DNA from: Candidatus Doudnabacteria bacterium
Lineage (GTDB): Bacteria > Patescibacteriota > Dojkabacteria > J137 > JAEUSD01
Direction of reading: 5' to 3'
NCBI GenBank assembly: GCA_016788825.1
Contig: JAEUSD010000004.1
Span: 1 to 59,647, forward strand
Length of the DNA: 59,647 bases
Shown here: positions 38,876-47,582 of the stretch, piece after piece
Position numbering within the stretch: the first letter of the stretch is position 1
Layout of the letters: each line of letters starts with the position of its first letter
Made by a program: the position numbers and the translations under genes
Notes under the pieces: model-generated
Database searches by the model: none
What the model saw: only the letters and a program-made list of their open reading frames with translations
What the model was told of the DNA's origin: nothing

Positions 38876-39760
38876 ATGAGGCATAAACACCTTTCTGGTC
38901 AAATCTTGGTTGTTACTTTGATGATTCTGATCATTATTGCGATCATCGTCGTGGGGGTTGTCGCTGTGGGTAGCAAAGATGTACTGCAAAGCATTACCGA
39001 TCAAAGGTATAACGAGCTATACGATGCTGCCGAACGTTCGATTGTTGGCTTGATAGATAAGTACGGCGACCCCACTGAACCGCTTACAAACCTTACAAAC
39101 TCTGCGCAAGTCCCTTCTGGTTACTCATGTGCTCTAGATCCATCTGTATCGGGACAGTATCGCTGCACGGTAAATTCGGTTTACAACCTTTTGTTTGTAA
39201 GGGATTCACGCGATGTTGTTGACTATGAGCTGAATAAGGATGATAGTTTGACGTTGAATATGAACGGCTACAGAGGCACAGTTGTGGTCAGTTGGACTGG
39301 GACTGCTGCTCTGGAATTCTCTCTGATTTACAACGATGCTGGAACGATAAGAAATATCAATGATTTATATGACAACAATTCTCCCACTATTTTTACAGCC
39401 AATGGTGGAAATCCTCTGAGTGACCCCAATAATACACATGCTTTTCCTTTTGTTACCAATGCAGGCGGCGGGATTCGGTTCAACATCGGAGGGATCACAG
39501 GACTCCCCGCCGCCGCCACTACCTACGCCCTGCGCATTACTCCTCGCATGAGTGGAAGTGCAGGTAATATCCTCCTCTCAGTCATTCCTCAAAATGCTGG
39601 CTATCCAAACCAGGTACGCATCTTCAATGGTGCAAGTTTGAGTACTCAAGCAGATGTGGGAGTTTTGGCAGAAGCGATCACTCAGGTCCCTCTTTTCCCC
39701 CAGATTGCCAATGTATTCCAGTACGGATTCTTGACTGGCGGGGGAATTGCAAAGAACTAG
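38876..39760 (+). CDS. pilus-associated membrane-anchored protein (PilX-like N-terminus)
   Basis: N-terminal SGQILVVTLMILIIIAIIVVG anchor without Glu+5. Lies within the pilin block. Confidence 0.5.
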   Translation: MRHKHLSGQILVVTLMILIIIAIIVVGVVAVGSKDVLQSITDQRYNELYDAAERSIVGLIDKYGDPTEPLTNLTNSAQVPSGYSCALDPSVSGQYRCTVNSVYNLLFVRDSRDVVDYELNKDDSLTLNMNGYRGTVVVSWTGTAALEFSLIYNDAGTIRNINDLYDNNSPTIFTANGGNPLSDPNNTHAFPFVTNAGGGIRFNIGGITGLPAAATTYALRITPRMSGSAGNILLSVIPQNAGYPNQVRIFNGASLSTQADVGVLAEAITQVPLFPQIANVFQYGFLTGGGIAKN

Positions 39761-39839
39761 TGGCACAAAGAATTTATGTTGACACCAATCCATCCAGCCA
39801 ACATAATGTATCAGTCCTTATTGTGACCGAATTAACAGT

Positions 39840-40880
39840 ATGAATGTTCCAGAATTTTTTTCATTAGATATTGGTAACCACTCTATCAAGGTGGCTCAGG
39901 TAAAGCGTGAAAAAAATGATACGGCCAAACTGCTGCATGTAGGCGCTGTAAATGCTGATTTGGGAATGCTTGAGGCGCCTGGAGATGACGCTTTGGCAAA
40001 GATTGCTGAGCAGCTAAAGCAAGCCAAGGATGCGGCCGGCATTCGCACAAACAACTGTGTAGCTGCTGTGCCTGAAACTCCTATCTTTTCACGTCTGCTA
40101 AGCATCCCCAAAGTCGATAACACAGAGGTTGAAGAAGCGGTTCACTGGGAGCTGAAACCTTTGATCCCTGTCCCACTCGAGGATGTAGACGTTGCATTTA
40201 TGGAGATTGGAGAAGCCAAAAAAGGTGAGCAGACTTTTGTAGATATGTATGTTGTGGCTGCTCCCAAAGTGCTTACAACTAGGTACAAACGACTAGCACA
40301 GCTCGCAGGATTGAACCTACTCGCTTTGGAAACTGAGTCTTTGGCAAATACCCGTGCAGTCACATTTAACCACCCTACAGAGAAAGACATTTTGATCTTT
40401 GATTTCGGAGCTTTCAGCACCGATCTGATCATCGCCCGTGATGGCGTCCCAGTCTTCGCGCAGAGCATCAGCACGGGCTCCGATGCCCTGACCAAGGCTG
40501 TGGCTGCTGACTATGGTTTGGGTATGCAAGAGGCTGAGAAGTACAAGAGAGCTTACGGGATAGATTTCAAGTTAGGTGATGGTAAGGTAGCTAAGTCGAT
40601 TGAGCCGATCATGCAAATTATTATCAATGAGATGAGCCGTACTTTTACGTATTTCAAAGAGCGTGTTGGAGAAACGGGGGCAAACAAGATATACCTTTGC
40701 GGTGAAGCTGCCAAGCTGCCAGGTTTGTCAGACTATTTTACCCAGAAGTTTGGATTGACCTCGATTTTGGTTGATCCTGTGGCTCGGATAACGATGGATG
40801 ATACTACCCGAAAAGAACTTGAACAGCTAAGTCCCGTTGGTTTTAGTGTGGCGATTGGCTTGGCGCTCAAGGATGCATAA
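39840..40880 (+). CDS. pilM: type IV pilus assembly protein PilM (actin-like ATPase fold)
   Basis: FSLDIGNHSIKVAQV N-terminus, IFDFGAFSTDLII phosphate-2-like motif, about 350 aa. Confidence 0.85.
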   Translation: MNVPEFFSLDIGNHSIKVAQVKREKNDTAKLLHVGAVNADLGMLEAPGDDALAKIAEQLKQAKDAAGIRTNNCVAAVPETPIFSRLLSIPKVDNTEVEEAVHWELKPLIPVPLEDVDVAFMEIGEAKKGEQTFVDMYVVAAPKVLTTRYKRLAQLAGLNLLALETESLANTRAVTFNHPTEKDILIFDFGAFSTDLIIARDGVPVFAQSISTGSDALTKAVAADYGLGMQEAEKYKRAYGIDFKLGDGKVAKSIEPIMQIIINEMSRTFTYFKERVGETGANKIYLCGEAAKLPGLSDYFTQKFGLTSILVDPVARITMDDTTRKELEQLSPVGFSVAIGLALKDA

Positions 40881-40903
40881 TATTCAACAAAACCTGCCCA
40901 CAA

Positions 40904-41473
40904 ATGGCTAGTGACAGATCAATCTTCAAATTTAATATCCTACAGACCAAGAGTGTAAGGCAAAGGCAAATAGAATATGAGCGGGATAACTCGACATTGT
41001 ATGCCCTACTCCTCGTATTGTTTGCAAGTTTTGTGTACCTTGCAATTGTGATAACTCAAGGGACAATAATCGAGCCACGTAGGTTGGAGGCGCTTGAACT
41101 ACTTGGCCAGCGGGAAGATATTGCCCAAACATACGCAGATATTCGTAGTCTAAATGGAGAGCTATTTATCAAAACCCGAACTCTGCGACCAGTCCTGGAC
41201 AAAAACATCGATGCCAAAGAAATCTTCCGTGTGGCTGATGCCATCATTGCCACCAAACCCGGCTTGATCATAGAAAGTTATGTGCGTGAGCAAGAAGGAG
41301 ATTTTGTCTTTGTAGTGGTGTCCTCTACCGTCACCGATGTGCCAGAGATAATCCGAGATACGATCGAAATAGATGGAGTATCCGATGTAATGGTGCGAAA
41401 TGTGTTTATCAGTGAGGAAACTAACCTGGTCAGAACTACAATAGCTCTTACTATCTCTGCTACCGATGCCTGA
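40904..41473 (+). CDS. pilN: PilN-like bitopic pilus alignment protein
   Basis: Short cytoplasmic N-terminus, a single TM (LYALLLVLFASFVYLAIVI), position after pilM. Confidence 0.55.
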   Translation: MASDRSIFKFNILQTKSVRQRQIEYERDNSTLYALLLVLFASFVYLAIVITQGTIIEPRRLEALELLGQREDIAQTYADIRSLNGELFIKTRTLRPVLDKNIDAKEIFRVADAIIATKPGLIIESYVREQEGDFVFVVVSSTVTDVPEIIRDTIEIDGVSDVMVRNVFISEETNLVRTTIALTISATDA

Positions 41474-42290
41474 AGCTAAGGCTCCGCCACCACCACAACC
41501 AGCAGGGACAAATGCGGCAGTTAATGTACCGAAAGAAAGCGATCGCCCATGGCGTCCTAAGCAAAAAAGAGAAGCAAATGACTTCGGAGCCATCCTTCGT
41601 TTGTTCGTAGTTCCTATCGTGGCCGTAACCGTGTTTATCGGCATTTTGTTTGCGTTGATTCTCCCCGGGGTGGGAGAGATATTTGCCAAGTTTGATAGTC
41701 TAGACAATATTCGGCAGAACACAGAGTCGTTAAATCAGACAATTACTCAGCTGCAGGCGCTATCTACTAGGCGTACAGAGGTAGAAAATGATTTAGAGTT
41801 GGTAAACAATATTGCCCCGGTTGGGGTGACAGAGGTAGTTGTATTCCAAAAAAAGATAGCTAACTTGGCAGCACTGAATGGGCTAACATTGGTGAAATCG
41901 CAGACAGATGAACAGATACTAGCGATCGAGAATGACAACCCAGTTTTGGGTATCAATGAGATTCCTTCTCAACTTTCCATAAATGGAACTTTGCCAAATA
42001 TCAAAAGATTTATTGAGCAGATAAAAGACCTAGAAGACTTTGTCATAATTGGTGAGATGCAGATTCGTGTTGTAGATGAGGTATCCCCTGATAGGTTGAC
42101 TGATACTTCGCTTACCTGGAATTTGGATATTACATTGGTGAAATATCAGTTCCAACAGCCCAACGAACAGAATAAGTTAGCTGAGGCCTACGCAGCTGTG
42201 CCGGTTACGGTGAAAATTGAACAAAGTATATTGGACTTTATTAGGAATAAATTTAGTACAGTAAACGAAGAAGGGTTACTAGATAACTAG
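41466..42290 (+). CDS. pilO: PilO-like bitopic pilus alignment protein
   Basis: Single TM (LFVVPIVAVTVFIGILFALIL) followed by a coiled-coil-like segment. 8-nt overlap with the pilN-like gene. Confidence 0.5.
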   Translation: MPEAKAPPPPQPAGTNAAVNVPKESDRPWRPKQKREANDFGAILRLFVVPIVAVTVFIGILFALILPGVGEIFAKFDSLDNIRQNTESLNQTITQLQALSTRRTEVENDLELVNNIAPVGVTEVVVFQKKIANLAALNGLTLVKSQTDEQILAIENDNPVLGINEIPSQLSINGTLPNIKRFIEQIKDLEDFVIIGEMQIRVVDEVSPDRLTDTSLTWNLDITLVKYQFQQPNEQNKLAEAYAAVPVTVKIEQSILDFIRNKFSTVNEEGLLDN

Positions 42291-42294
42291 TGAG

Positions 42295-42525
42295 TTAGTC
42301 TGCAATCTTAATGAAGACTTTGGTGCCCTGTTTGCGAGCTAAAATGCTGAGCACGTCGCGAATTGCCTTGATATTCTTTCCTGCTTTGCCAATTAGTTGG
42401 CCACGAGCTTCTGCAGCTACTGTGATTGTAAACACAATACCGATATCATCCATACCCTCTTCGATCTGAAACTCAGTGTTCTCTGGAAGTGCGTTTTGCA
42501 AGATAAATTCTAATAGTTCGCGCAT
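42295..42525 (-). CDS. KH-domain RNA-binding protein (YlqC/KhpA-like)
   Basis: 76 aa, GxxG loop LIGKAGKNIKAIR, conserved position downstream of rpsP. Confidence 0.8.
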   Translation of the reverse strand: MRELLEFILQNALPENTEFQIEEGMDDIGIVFTITVAAEARGQLIGKAGKNIKAIRDVLSILARKQGTKVFIKIAD

Positions 42526-42536
42526 TTTAGTTGGTA

Positions 42537-42941
42537 TTAATTTGCTTCCGCTGCTGGAGCCTCAGATTCCGCCGCGGCGGGTGTCTCCACTTCGACAGCT
42601 GGTGCTGGGGCCGCGGCGGCAGCTGTCTTTTCTGCTGCCTTGGCATTTCTTTCGGTGGCTTTTTTGCCTGGTTTCTTGGAATACTTAGGTTCGTATTTAT
42701 CTTTTTTATTCAAAATTCCTGCTTTTACAAACAAATTTACAACTGTGTCTGTTGGTTGAGCTCCGACTGACATCCAGTACTCTGCACGTTCTTTATCGAT
42801 CTTGATCTCTTTGGTTGTTGGAGAATAATGTCCCAAGATCTCTAGGGCCTTGGTTTCGCGCTTTTCACGGCCATGTACGGCGATGACACGATAGCTTTTT
42901 ACTCCTTTACGTCCGGTTTTTGTTAGTCTTAGTTTTACCAT
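42537..42941 (-). CDS. rpsP: 30S ribosomal protein S16 (with an Ala/Pro/Glu-rich C-terminal extension)
   Basis: MVKLRLTKTGRKGVKSYRVIAV N-terminus. About 50 extra C-terminal residues. Confidence 0.9.
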   Translation of the reverse strand: MVKLRLTKTGRKGVKSYRVIAVHGREKRETKALEILGHYSPTTKEIKIDKERAEYWMSVGAQPTDTVVNLFVKAGILNKKDKYEPKYSKKPGKKATERNAKAAEKTAAAAAPAPAVEVETPAAAESEAPAAEAN

Positions 42942-42967
42942 AATGTTTTTTGCTTTGAATCAAACTG

Positions 42968-43702
42968 TTAAGCAGGGCTGATTTTAACAGAATCCTGGTA
43001 TTTTTGGTATAGCTCATCCCATTTCGCAAGCGTAAATTTGGCTGCATTCTGCTCTGCTTCTTGTTTGCTGTGGCCTTTGCCGGAGGCAAAGGCCTGTCCT
43101 GCTATCACGACTTCCATTTCAAATACCTTGTCGTGATCTGGTCCGCTGGCTGCTACCAACTGGTAGACCGGGGTAGATTTGAGTGTTTCTTGAGCGATTT
43201 CTTGGAGTTTGGATTTTGGGTCTACGTCTAAGCGGTTAGCAACAATGTTGTCTATATTTACTAGCAGATACTGAGAGATAAACTTCTCGGCCGCTGCTAA
43301 TCCCTTGTCTAGGTAGATTGCTCCGATTACGGCTTCAAATGCGTTGGCGAGGATGTACGGCCTTGAGCGGCCGCCTGTTGCCTCTTCTCCTTTGCTCATA
43401 AATAAGTACTTCCCCAGTTCTATCTGGCCGGCGCAGCCGGCCAGGCTTTCTGTCCTGACCAATGCTGCTCGGAAGCTGGTCAGGTCGCCTTCTGGTCTAT
43501 CTGGGTATTTTTGAAAAAGGAATTGGGTTGTGATCAGTTCTAGGACCGCATCTCCCAAAAATTCCAATCTCTCGTTGTGGTTGGACCTGCGGTCCCTGTT
43601 TTCGTTGACGTAAGATCTGTGGGTAAGCGCTTCTTCAATCAAAGCTGCATTGGCAAATTTGATGTCGATTTTACCTTCTAGCTCCTGAATATCTGGTTGC
43701 AT
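42968..43702 (-). CDS. rnc: ribonuclease III
   Basis: ALTHRSY...NERLEFLGDAVLE signature and a C-terminal dsRBD. Start chosen at Met 43702, 1 nt after the nusB stop. Confidence 0.9.
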   Translation of the reverse strand: MQPDIQELEGKIDIKFANAALIEEALTHRSYVNENRDRRSNHNERLEFLGDAVLELITTQFLFQKYPDRPEGDLTSFRAALVRTESLAGCAGQIELGKYLFMSKGEEATGGRSRPYILANAFEAVIGAIYLDKGLAAAEKFISQYLLVNIDNIVANRLDVDPKSKLQEIAQETLKSTPVYQLVAASGPDHDKVFEMEVVIAGQAFASGKGHSKQEAEQNAAKFTLAKWDELYQKYQDSVKISPA

Positions 43703-43703
43703 A

Positions 43704-44150
43704 TTATTCTGTTGGTTTTTGTCTTCTAATGTCGTTGAGCATTGTTCCCAATACCCCGTTGATAAAGCTACCACTACTCTCGCCGCCAAACTCTTTTGCC
43801 AACTCTACGCATTCGTTGATGACGATTTTTTCTGGCGTGAGCTTGGCGACAAATCCTTCCCAAATGCCCATCCTGAGTACTACCAAGTCGGCTTTGGCGA
43901 TTTGGGCGATCGGCCATGATGGCTAATACTCCTCGATCAATTTATCTAAATATGCTTGGTTGTCTTTGACCCCGGACACGATTTTTTTGTATAGCTCGAT
44001 ATCGTACTCCGTGGCTTCGAGGTTTTCAAGAAGGTATTCTTCGGTGAGTGGTTCTGAGCCTTGTTCGGTAAGCTCCCAGAATAGCTTCTGTAGAGCCATT
44101 GCACGCGCTGTATGGCGAGGGTCAATTACAACTTTGGTATCGGTATCCAT
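43704..44150 (-). pseudogene. nusB: transcription antitermination factor NusB interrupted by a single in-frame TAG (43923-43925)
   Basis: The 75-aa N-terminal ORF (PRHTARAMALQKLF...) and the C-terminal ORF (...LRMGIWE...INECVELAKEFGGESSGSFINGVLG) are in the same frame. They are separated only by the TAG and 12 sense codons. Confidence 0.75.
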
Positions 44151-44154
44151 CCAA

Positions 44155-44349
44155 TTATTTTACACGCTTTGCTTTGGTGCGTAAAAATTTCACACCCTTA
44201 TAGAAAGGATTCTCTGGAGTAACCATGTGGGGCATAACTAGCTTGCCACTTGGAGATTTTGTTAGTTGTGCCAATTTAGCCTTCCACTGGTGTGCTAATC
44301 TTCTCCCTTTGCGAGAGCTGGACATTTTTCTTTTTGGTGCTGCTGCCAT
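44155..44349 (-). CDS. rpmF: 50S ribosomal protein L32
   Basis: MAAAPKRKMSSSRKGRRLAH N-terminus, typical of L32. Confidence 0.8.
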   Translation of the reverse strand: MAAAPKRKMSSSRKGRRLAHQWKAKLAQLTKSPSGKLVMPHMVTPENPFYKGVKFLRTKAKRVK

Positions 44350-44418
44350 GTGTTTATTCTTTCAAATGCGGGGTAATTGTAGCATCCTTATGCGCTGCGG
44401 CCAAGGTGTATAACATTT

Positions 44419-44973
44419 CTAGGTACTTCTCTCTTTGTCTATGAGCCTGCGTATGTATTCTGAAGAGGTGAGTCTTAATCTAGCAGCTTCTTCGTTTATA
44501 AAATTTAATTGTCCGCGGGATAAGAAGAAGTTAAATCGTTCGCCTAGCAACTCTTTTTTGTATTTGTTAATAAAGTCCTCTACGTACCTCTTGGCATTAT
44601 GTTGGTTGTACTTGGCGGCATGGAAGTATCTGTCGATGATTTTGATTGAGTAGTCTTCATGCAAAGATAGGCATAATACAGGTTTCTTGTTTTGAATTGC
44701 TAAGGTTGCCTCGTGTCCGAGTTGGAAGTTTTGCTCGGATATTTCAATAATGACAAGATCTGCCCATAAAATACCTTTCTTGATTGCCTCGTAGTGTAGT
44801 GCTCTATCTGCTGTGATTTTTTGCAGGTCTGTTTTCGTTAATAACGATTTATAGTTTCCCTTTTCGGGGGAGATTAACTCTACACCGGTTTCCTCTATGC
44901 ATTTACGCACGATGTCGTAGTACTTTTGGTACTTTTCCTTGCCAGAATAGGCAGCAGTGAAGAATACTTTCAT
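44419..44973 (-). CDS. fusion protein: nucleoside 2-deoxyribosyltransferase-like N-domain plus a ribbon-helix-helix C-terminal domain
   Basis: MKVFFTAAYSG...ADLVIIEISEQNFQLGHEATLAIQNKKPVLCL resembles the NDT/DNPH1-like fold. The C-terminal RFNFFLSRGQLNFINEEAARLRLTSSEYIRRLI looks like a CopG/RHH motif. Assigned by eye only. Confidence 0.5.
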   Translation of the reverse strand: MKVFFTAAYSGKEKYQKYYDIVRKCIEETGVELISPEKGNYKSLLTKTDLQKITADRALHYEAIKKGILWADLVIIEISEQNFQLGHEATLAIQNKKPVLCLSLHEDYSIKIIDRYFHAAKYNQHNAKRYVEDFINKYKKELLGERFNFFLSRGQLNFINEEAARLRLTSSEYIRRLIDKERST

Positions 44974-45047
44974 ATGTATATACGTATAATCCTGCTTTTA
45001 TTATACAACAGTTATAGTTATTATCGTTGGAATATACATATTAAGCT

Positions 45048-45485
45048 ATGCATATGCCCGAATATATGAAACTTGGAACGCATTTGAAGGTAAAGGATTT
45101 TTTCAAGTCACTAGATTTTTATCTTAAACTGGGGTTCAAGCCAGTATTTGCATATGGCGATGAGCAGTACCTTGCTAAATACGCACAAAATATTCCCCAT
45201 GCGGCAGAGAGATATCGCGGGATGACGTTTGAGATTGGTGGTGGGCCGTTTGAAATTGCAGATGGTCATGTAGCAGTGAAGCCAGATGTCTTCAAACTGA
45301 GGATTGAGAGTTCTAAAGTCTCTGCCATGATAGATGTTGATAGTATTGAAAAGATTATCAACATCTGCGAAAGGAACGGTTTTGAGATTGCCAAAGGTAG
45401 GGTTAAATACCCTTGGGGAACAGAAGAATTGGTTGTGCGAGATCCTGATGGCTTCATTATCGTATTTAGGGAGTTTAGTAAATAA
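45048..45485 (+). CDS. glyoxalase/bleomycin-resistance (VOC) family protein
   Basis: THLKVKDFFKSLDFYLKLGFKP and RDPDGFIIVF beta-alpha-beta-beta-beta module pattern. Confidence 0.7.
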   Translation: MHMPEYMKLGTHLKVKDFFKSLDFYLKLGFKPVFAYGDEQYLAKYAQNIPHAAERYRGMTFEIGGGPFEIADGHVAVKPDVFKLRIESSKVSAMIDVDSIEKIINICERNGFEIAKGRVKYPWGTEELVVRDPDGFIIVFREFSK

Positions 45486-45486
45486 C

Positions 45487-45999
45487 ATGCCGCCTACTCC
45501 ACCTTTTGATAGACGACAAATAACAGGAGGCGATGTTGAATTCTTTTACGATCATACTCATCCGTTTGCGAATGTATTCTCTTCCACTATCAATTATGGG
45601 GGGAGCGAGTATCGATCTGCAGAACAAGCATACCAGTCTATGAAGTTTAATCCTGAACAGGATGCTCATATCCTGGAAGCGATTATGCAGGCCACAGAAG
45701 CTGGTCAGGCTAAAGTTATCTCGAGAACTTTTAGTGCTCATATAAGGCCAGGTTGGAATGATATAAAGTTCAGAATTATGATTAAGATTGTGTTAGCTAA
45801 GATGGAACAACACCCTGAAATTGCTGAGAGGTTATTGAACACAGGAAATAGGGTGCTGGTAGAAGATGCGCCAGATGATCCTTGCTGGGGTATGGTAACG
45901 AACGAAGTAGGTGTTGTCTCTGGGAGCAATTATATGGGCCGAGTACTCATGTTTGTAAGGTACATCTTGCAGAAAAGGGAAAAAGTGGCTGAGGTCTAA
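45487..45999 (+). CDS. NADAR (YbiA/DUF1768) family protein
   Basis: FFYDHTHPFANVFSS...YRSAEQAYQSMKF...RPGWNDIKFRIM...DPCWG motifs. Start at 45487, 2 nt after the VOC stop. Confidence 0.75.
   Translation: MPPTPPFDRRQITGGDVEFFYDHTHPFANVFSSTINYGGSEYRSAEQAYQSMKFNPEQDAHILEAIMQATEAGQAKVISRTFSAHIRPGWNDIKFRIMIKIVLAKMEQHPEIAERLLNTGNRVLVEDAPDDPCWGMVTNEVGVVSGSNYMGRVLMFVRYILQKREKVAEV
45789..45804. repeat. TTAGCTAA-family palindrome copy (TGTGTTAGCTAAGATG)
   Basis: Inside the NADAR CDS (+), read as V-L-A-K-M. Confidence 0.9.
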
Positions 46000-46005
46000 T
46001 GGACC

Positions 46006-46341
46006 CTATACCTCTTCTTCGGGATGGAATTTGAGTATTATTCCAGCGTAGTCTTGAGTATTGATGTCTGCTTTCATTCCTGCTTGTTTATACAATTTGA
46101 TAATACTAAACTCCTCACGCCTACCATTATGTTCTATTAACACGCCATACAATTTCACATAGCTATTCCCATTTTGCTCAATGATCTGCCCTATCTTGGA
46201 AAGTTCTATAATACTATATCCTTTAGATAAGAAAGGAAGTTGTTGATTTAGTATCTGAATGGTTTCTTCCAAGTTGTTTGAGTTGGTTAGCTGACTTAGT
46301 GATAAGAAAGTATCTGTCATATTCCATATATAAACGTGCAA
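46006..46341 (-). CDS. hypothetical protein
   Basis: 111-codon open frame filling the gap between the NADAR and rsmD genes. No motif recognised. Confidence 0.45.
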   Translation of the reverse strand: MHVYIWNMTDTFLSLSQLTNSNNLEETIQILNQQLPFLSKGYSIIELSKIGQIIEQNGNSYVKLYGVLIEHNGRREEFSIIKLYKQAGMKADINTQDYAGIILKFHPEEEV

Positions 46342-46386
46342 TAATACCTCGGCCGGGTCATTTTGACAAGATAACTATATGAAGTC

Positions 46387-46947
46387 TTATTCAGTAGCCT
46401 CTGGAACTGGATTTAGTCTCCAGTATGTCACCTGGCTTTCGCCAAATGTTTCGGTAAGGATGTGTTCTAGTGTTTCCTGGGGTAGCTCCTCTACTTTCAC
46501 GTTTAGTGGGAGGCGGAGAATAAAGATCCCCGTGGGTTTGAGGCATTGGGCGACGATGCGCGGGGCAAAATCGGCTGCTGCGGCAAATGGTGGATCGGCA
46601 AAGATAACATCGAACTGTTTATCTGTTTGAAAAACATATTTGTGAGCCTGCTTATCTGAGACTGTGGACTGTTCCTCGAAACCTAATTTAGCTATATTTT
46701 CTTTGAGTAGTTTGTTGGCGGTGTAGTCTTCTTCGACAAAGGTTGCAGAGCTTGCTCCTCTACTCAAAGCTTCTAGTCCAAAACTACCTGAACCGGCGAA
46801 GAGGTCCAGCACGTCAGCTTCCGGGATCCAATTGGCGATAGTGTCAAACAGTGACTGCTTAATACGGTCCGTCAAGGGACGGCTGCTTGGGGCCACCTGC
46901 AATTTCCTATTTTTAGCCGTCCCGGCAATTATACGAGGTTGAGACAT
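46387..46947 (-). CDS. rsmD: 16S rRNA (guanine966-N2)-methyltransferase RsmD
   Basis: RIIAGTAKNRKL, RPLTDRIKQSLF, DLFAGSGSFGLEALSRGA, IFADPPF motifs. Confidence 0.8.
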   Translation of the reverse strand: MSQPRIIAGTAKNRKLQVAPSSRPLTDRIKQSLFDTIANWIPEADVLDLFAGSGSFGLEALSRGASSATFVEEDYTANKLLKENIAKLGFEEQSTVSDKQAHKYVFQTDKQFDVIFADPPFAAAADFAPRIVAQCLKPTGIFILRLPLNVKVEELPQETLEHILTETFGESQVTYWRLNPVPEATE

Positions 46948-46977
46948 GTCAGATTATCCTGTATTAGGCCCATACGA

Positions 46978-47502
46978 TCAAGCTTTGCGGTTCAAGAATA
47001 CTACCTCTCCTCCTGTAACTAGCTTGCGCCGGTCAATGATCTTGAGGCCGTTTGTAGGTGGAATGTTGGATGTCCCAATGTGCCGATACACAACTATTCC
47101 ATCTGGTTCTAGTTTTGCCTGTATCCCTTCGAATGAGCGATGGTAGTGCTGGGGTAATGGCGGATCGATAAAAATAATGTCGTACTTTAAAATAGTATTA
47201 CGCATGAAGTCTTCTACTGTCTTGGCCTCAATTATGCCGCGTGAGGTAAGGTTAAACTTATGTAGATTTGAAGCGATGCACTCGCTTGCATCGATCGTAA
47301 TGTCTACGAATATAACTTTGGCGGCACCTTGCACGAGCGCTTCTATGCCATTGCTGCCCGAACCGGCATAGAGGTCAAGTACTTTGCTATCTTTGATACG
47401 GTTCGGGCCGAGCATTTCGAACACTTGGAGACGTGATTTATCTGGAAGGGGGACAGCACCCTTAGGGACTTTGAGCAACTTACCAGCGATGGTTATGTTC
47501 AT
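46978..47502 (-). CDS. RsmD-like SAM-dependent methyltransferase (tandem paralogue)
   Basis: ITIAGKLLKVP, DLYAGSGSNGIEALVQGA, IFIDPPL. It has the same architecture as the adjacent rsmD. Confidence 0.7.
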   Translation of the reverse strand: MNITIAGKLLKVPKGAVPLPDKSRLQVFEMLGPNRIKDSKVLDLYAGSGSNGIEALVQGAAKVIFVDITIDASECIASNLHKFNLTSRGIIEAKTVEDFMRNTILKYDIIFIDPPLPQHYHRSFEGIQAKLEPDGIVVYRHIGTSNIPPTNGLKIIDRRKLVTGGEVVFLNRKA

Positions 47503-47582
47503 TGTCAGGATGCTTAATATATAAGCTGATGGGATTATAGCATATATACCCGGATATATATGAATATAACGTGAGATACGCT

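Noticed and set aside
41162-41722. A 186-aa minus-strand ORF spanning the pilN/pilO junction.
   Set aside because: It is antisense to two well-supported operon genes. The peptide is Cys/His/Ser/Gly-rich and low-complexity, with no start context or motif. It is treated as a spurious shadow ORF.
43923-43925. TAG reassignment (an alternative genetic code) as the explanation for the in-frame stop in nusB.
   Set aside because: TAG terminates well-conserved genes at their expected ends in this window, for example ssb at 5322-5324 and the S41 peptidase at 6847-6849. No pyrrolysine-type genes are visible. A global recoding is therefore not supported.
45334-45486. A 51-codon upstream extension of the NADAR ORF, overlapping the VOC gene in another frame.
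   Set aside because: The NADAR-family similarity begins at MPPTPPFDRRQ (45487), 2 nt after the VOC stop. The extension is an out-of-frame overlap with a good gene.
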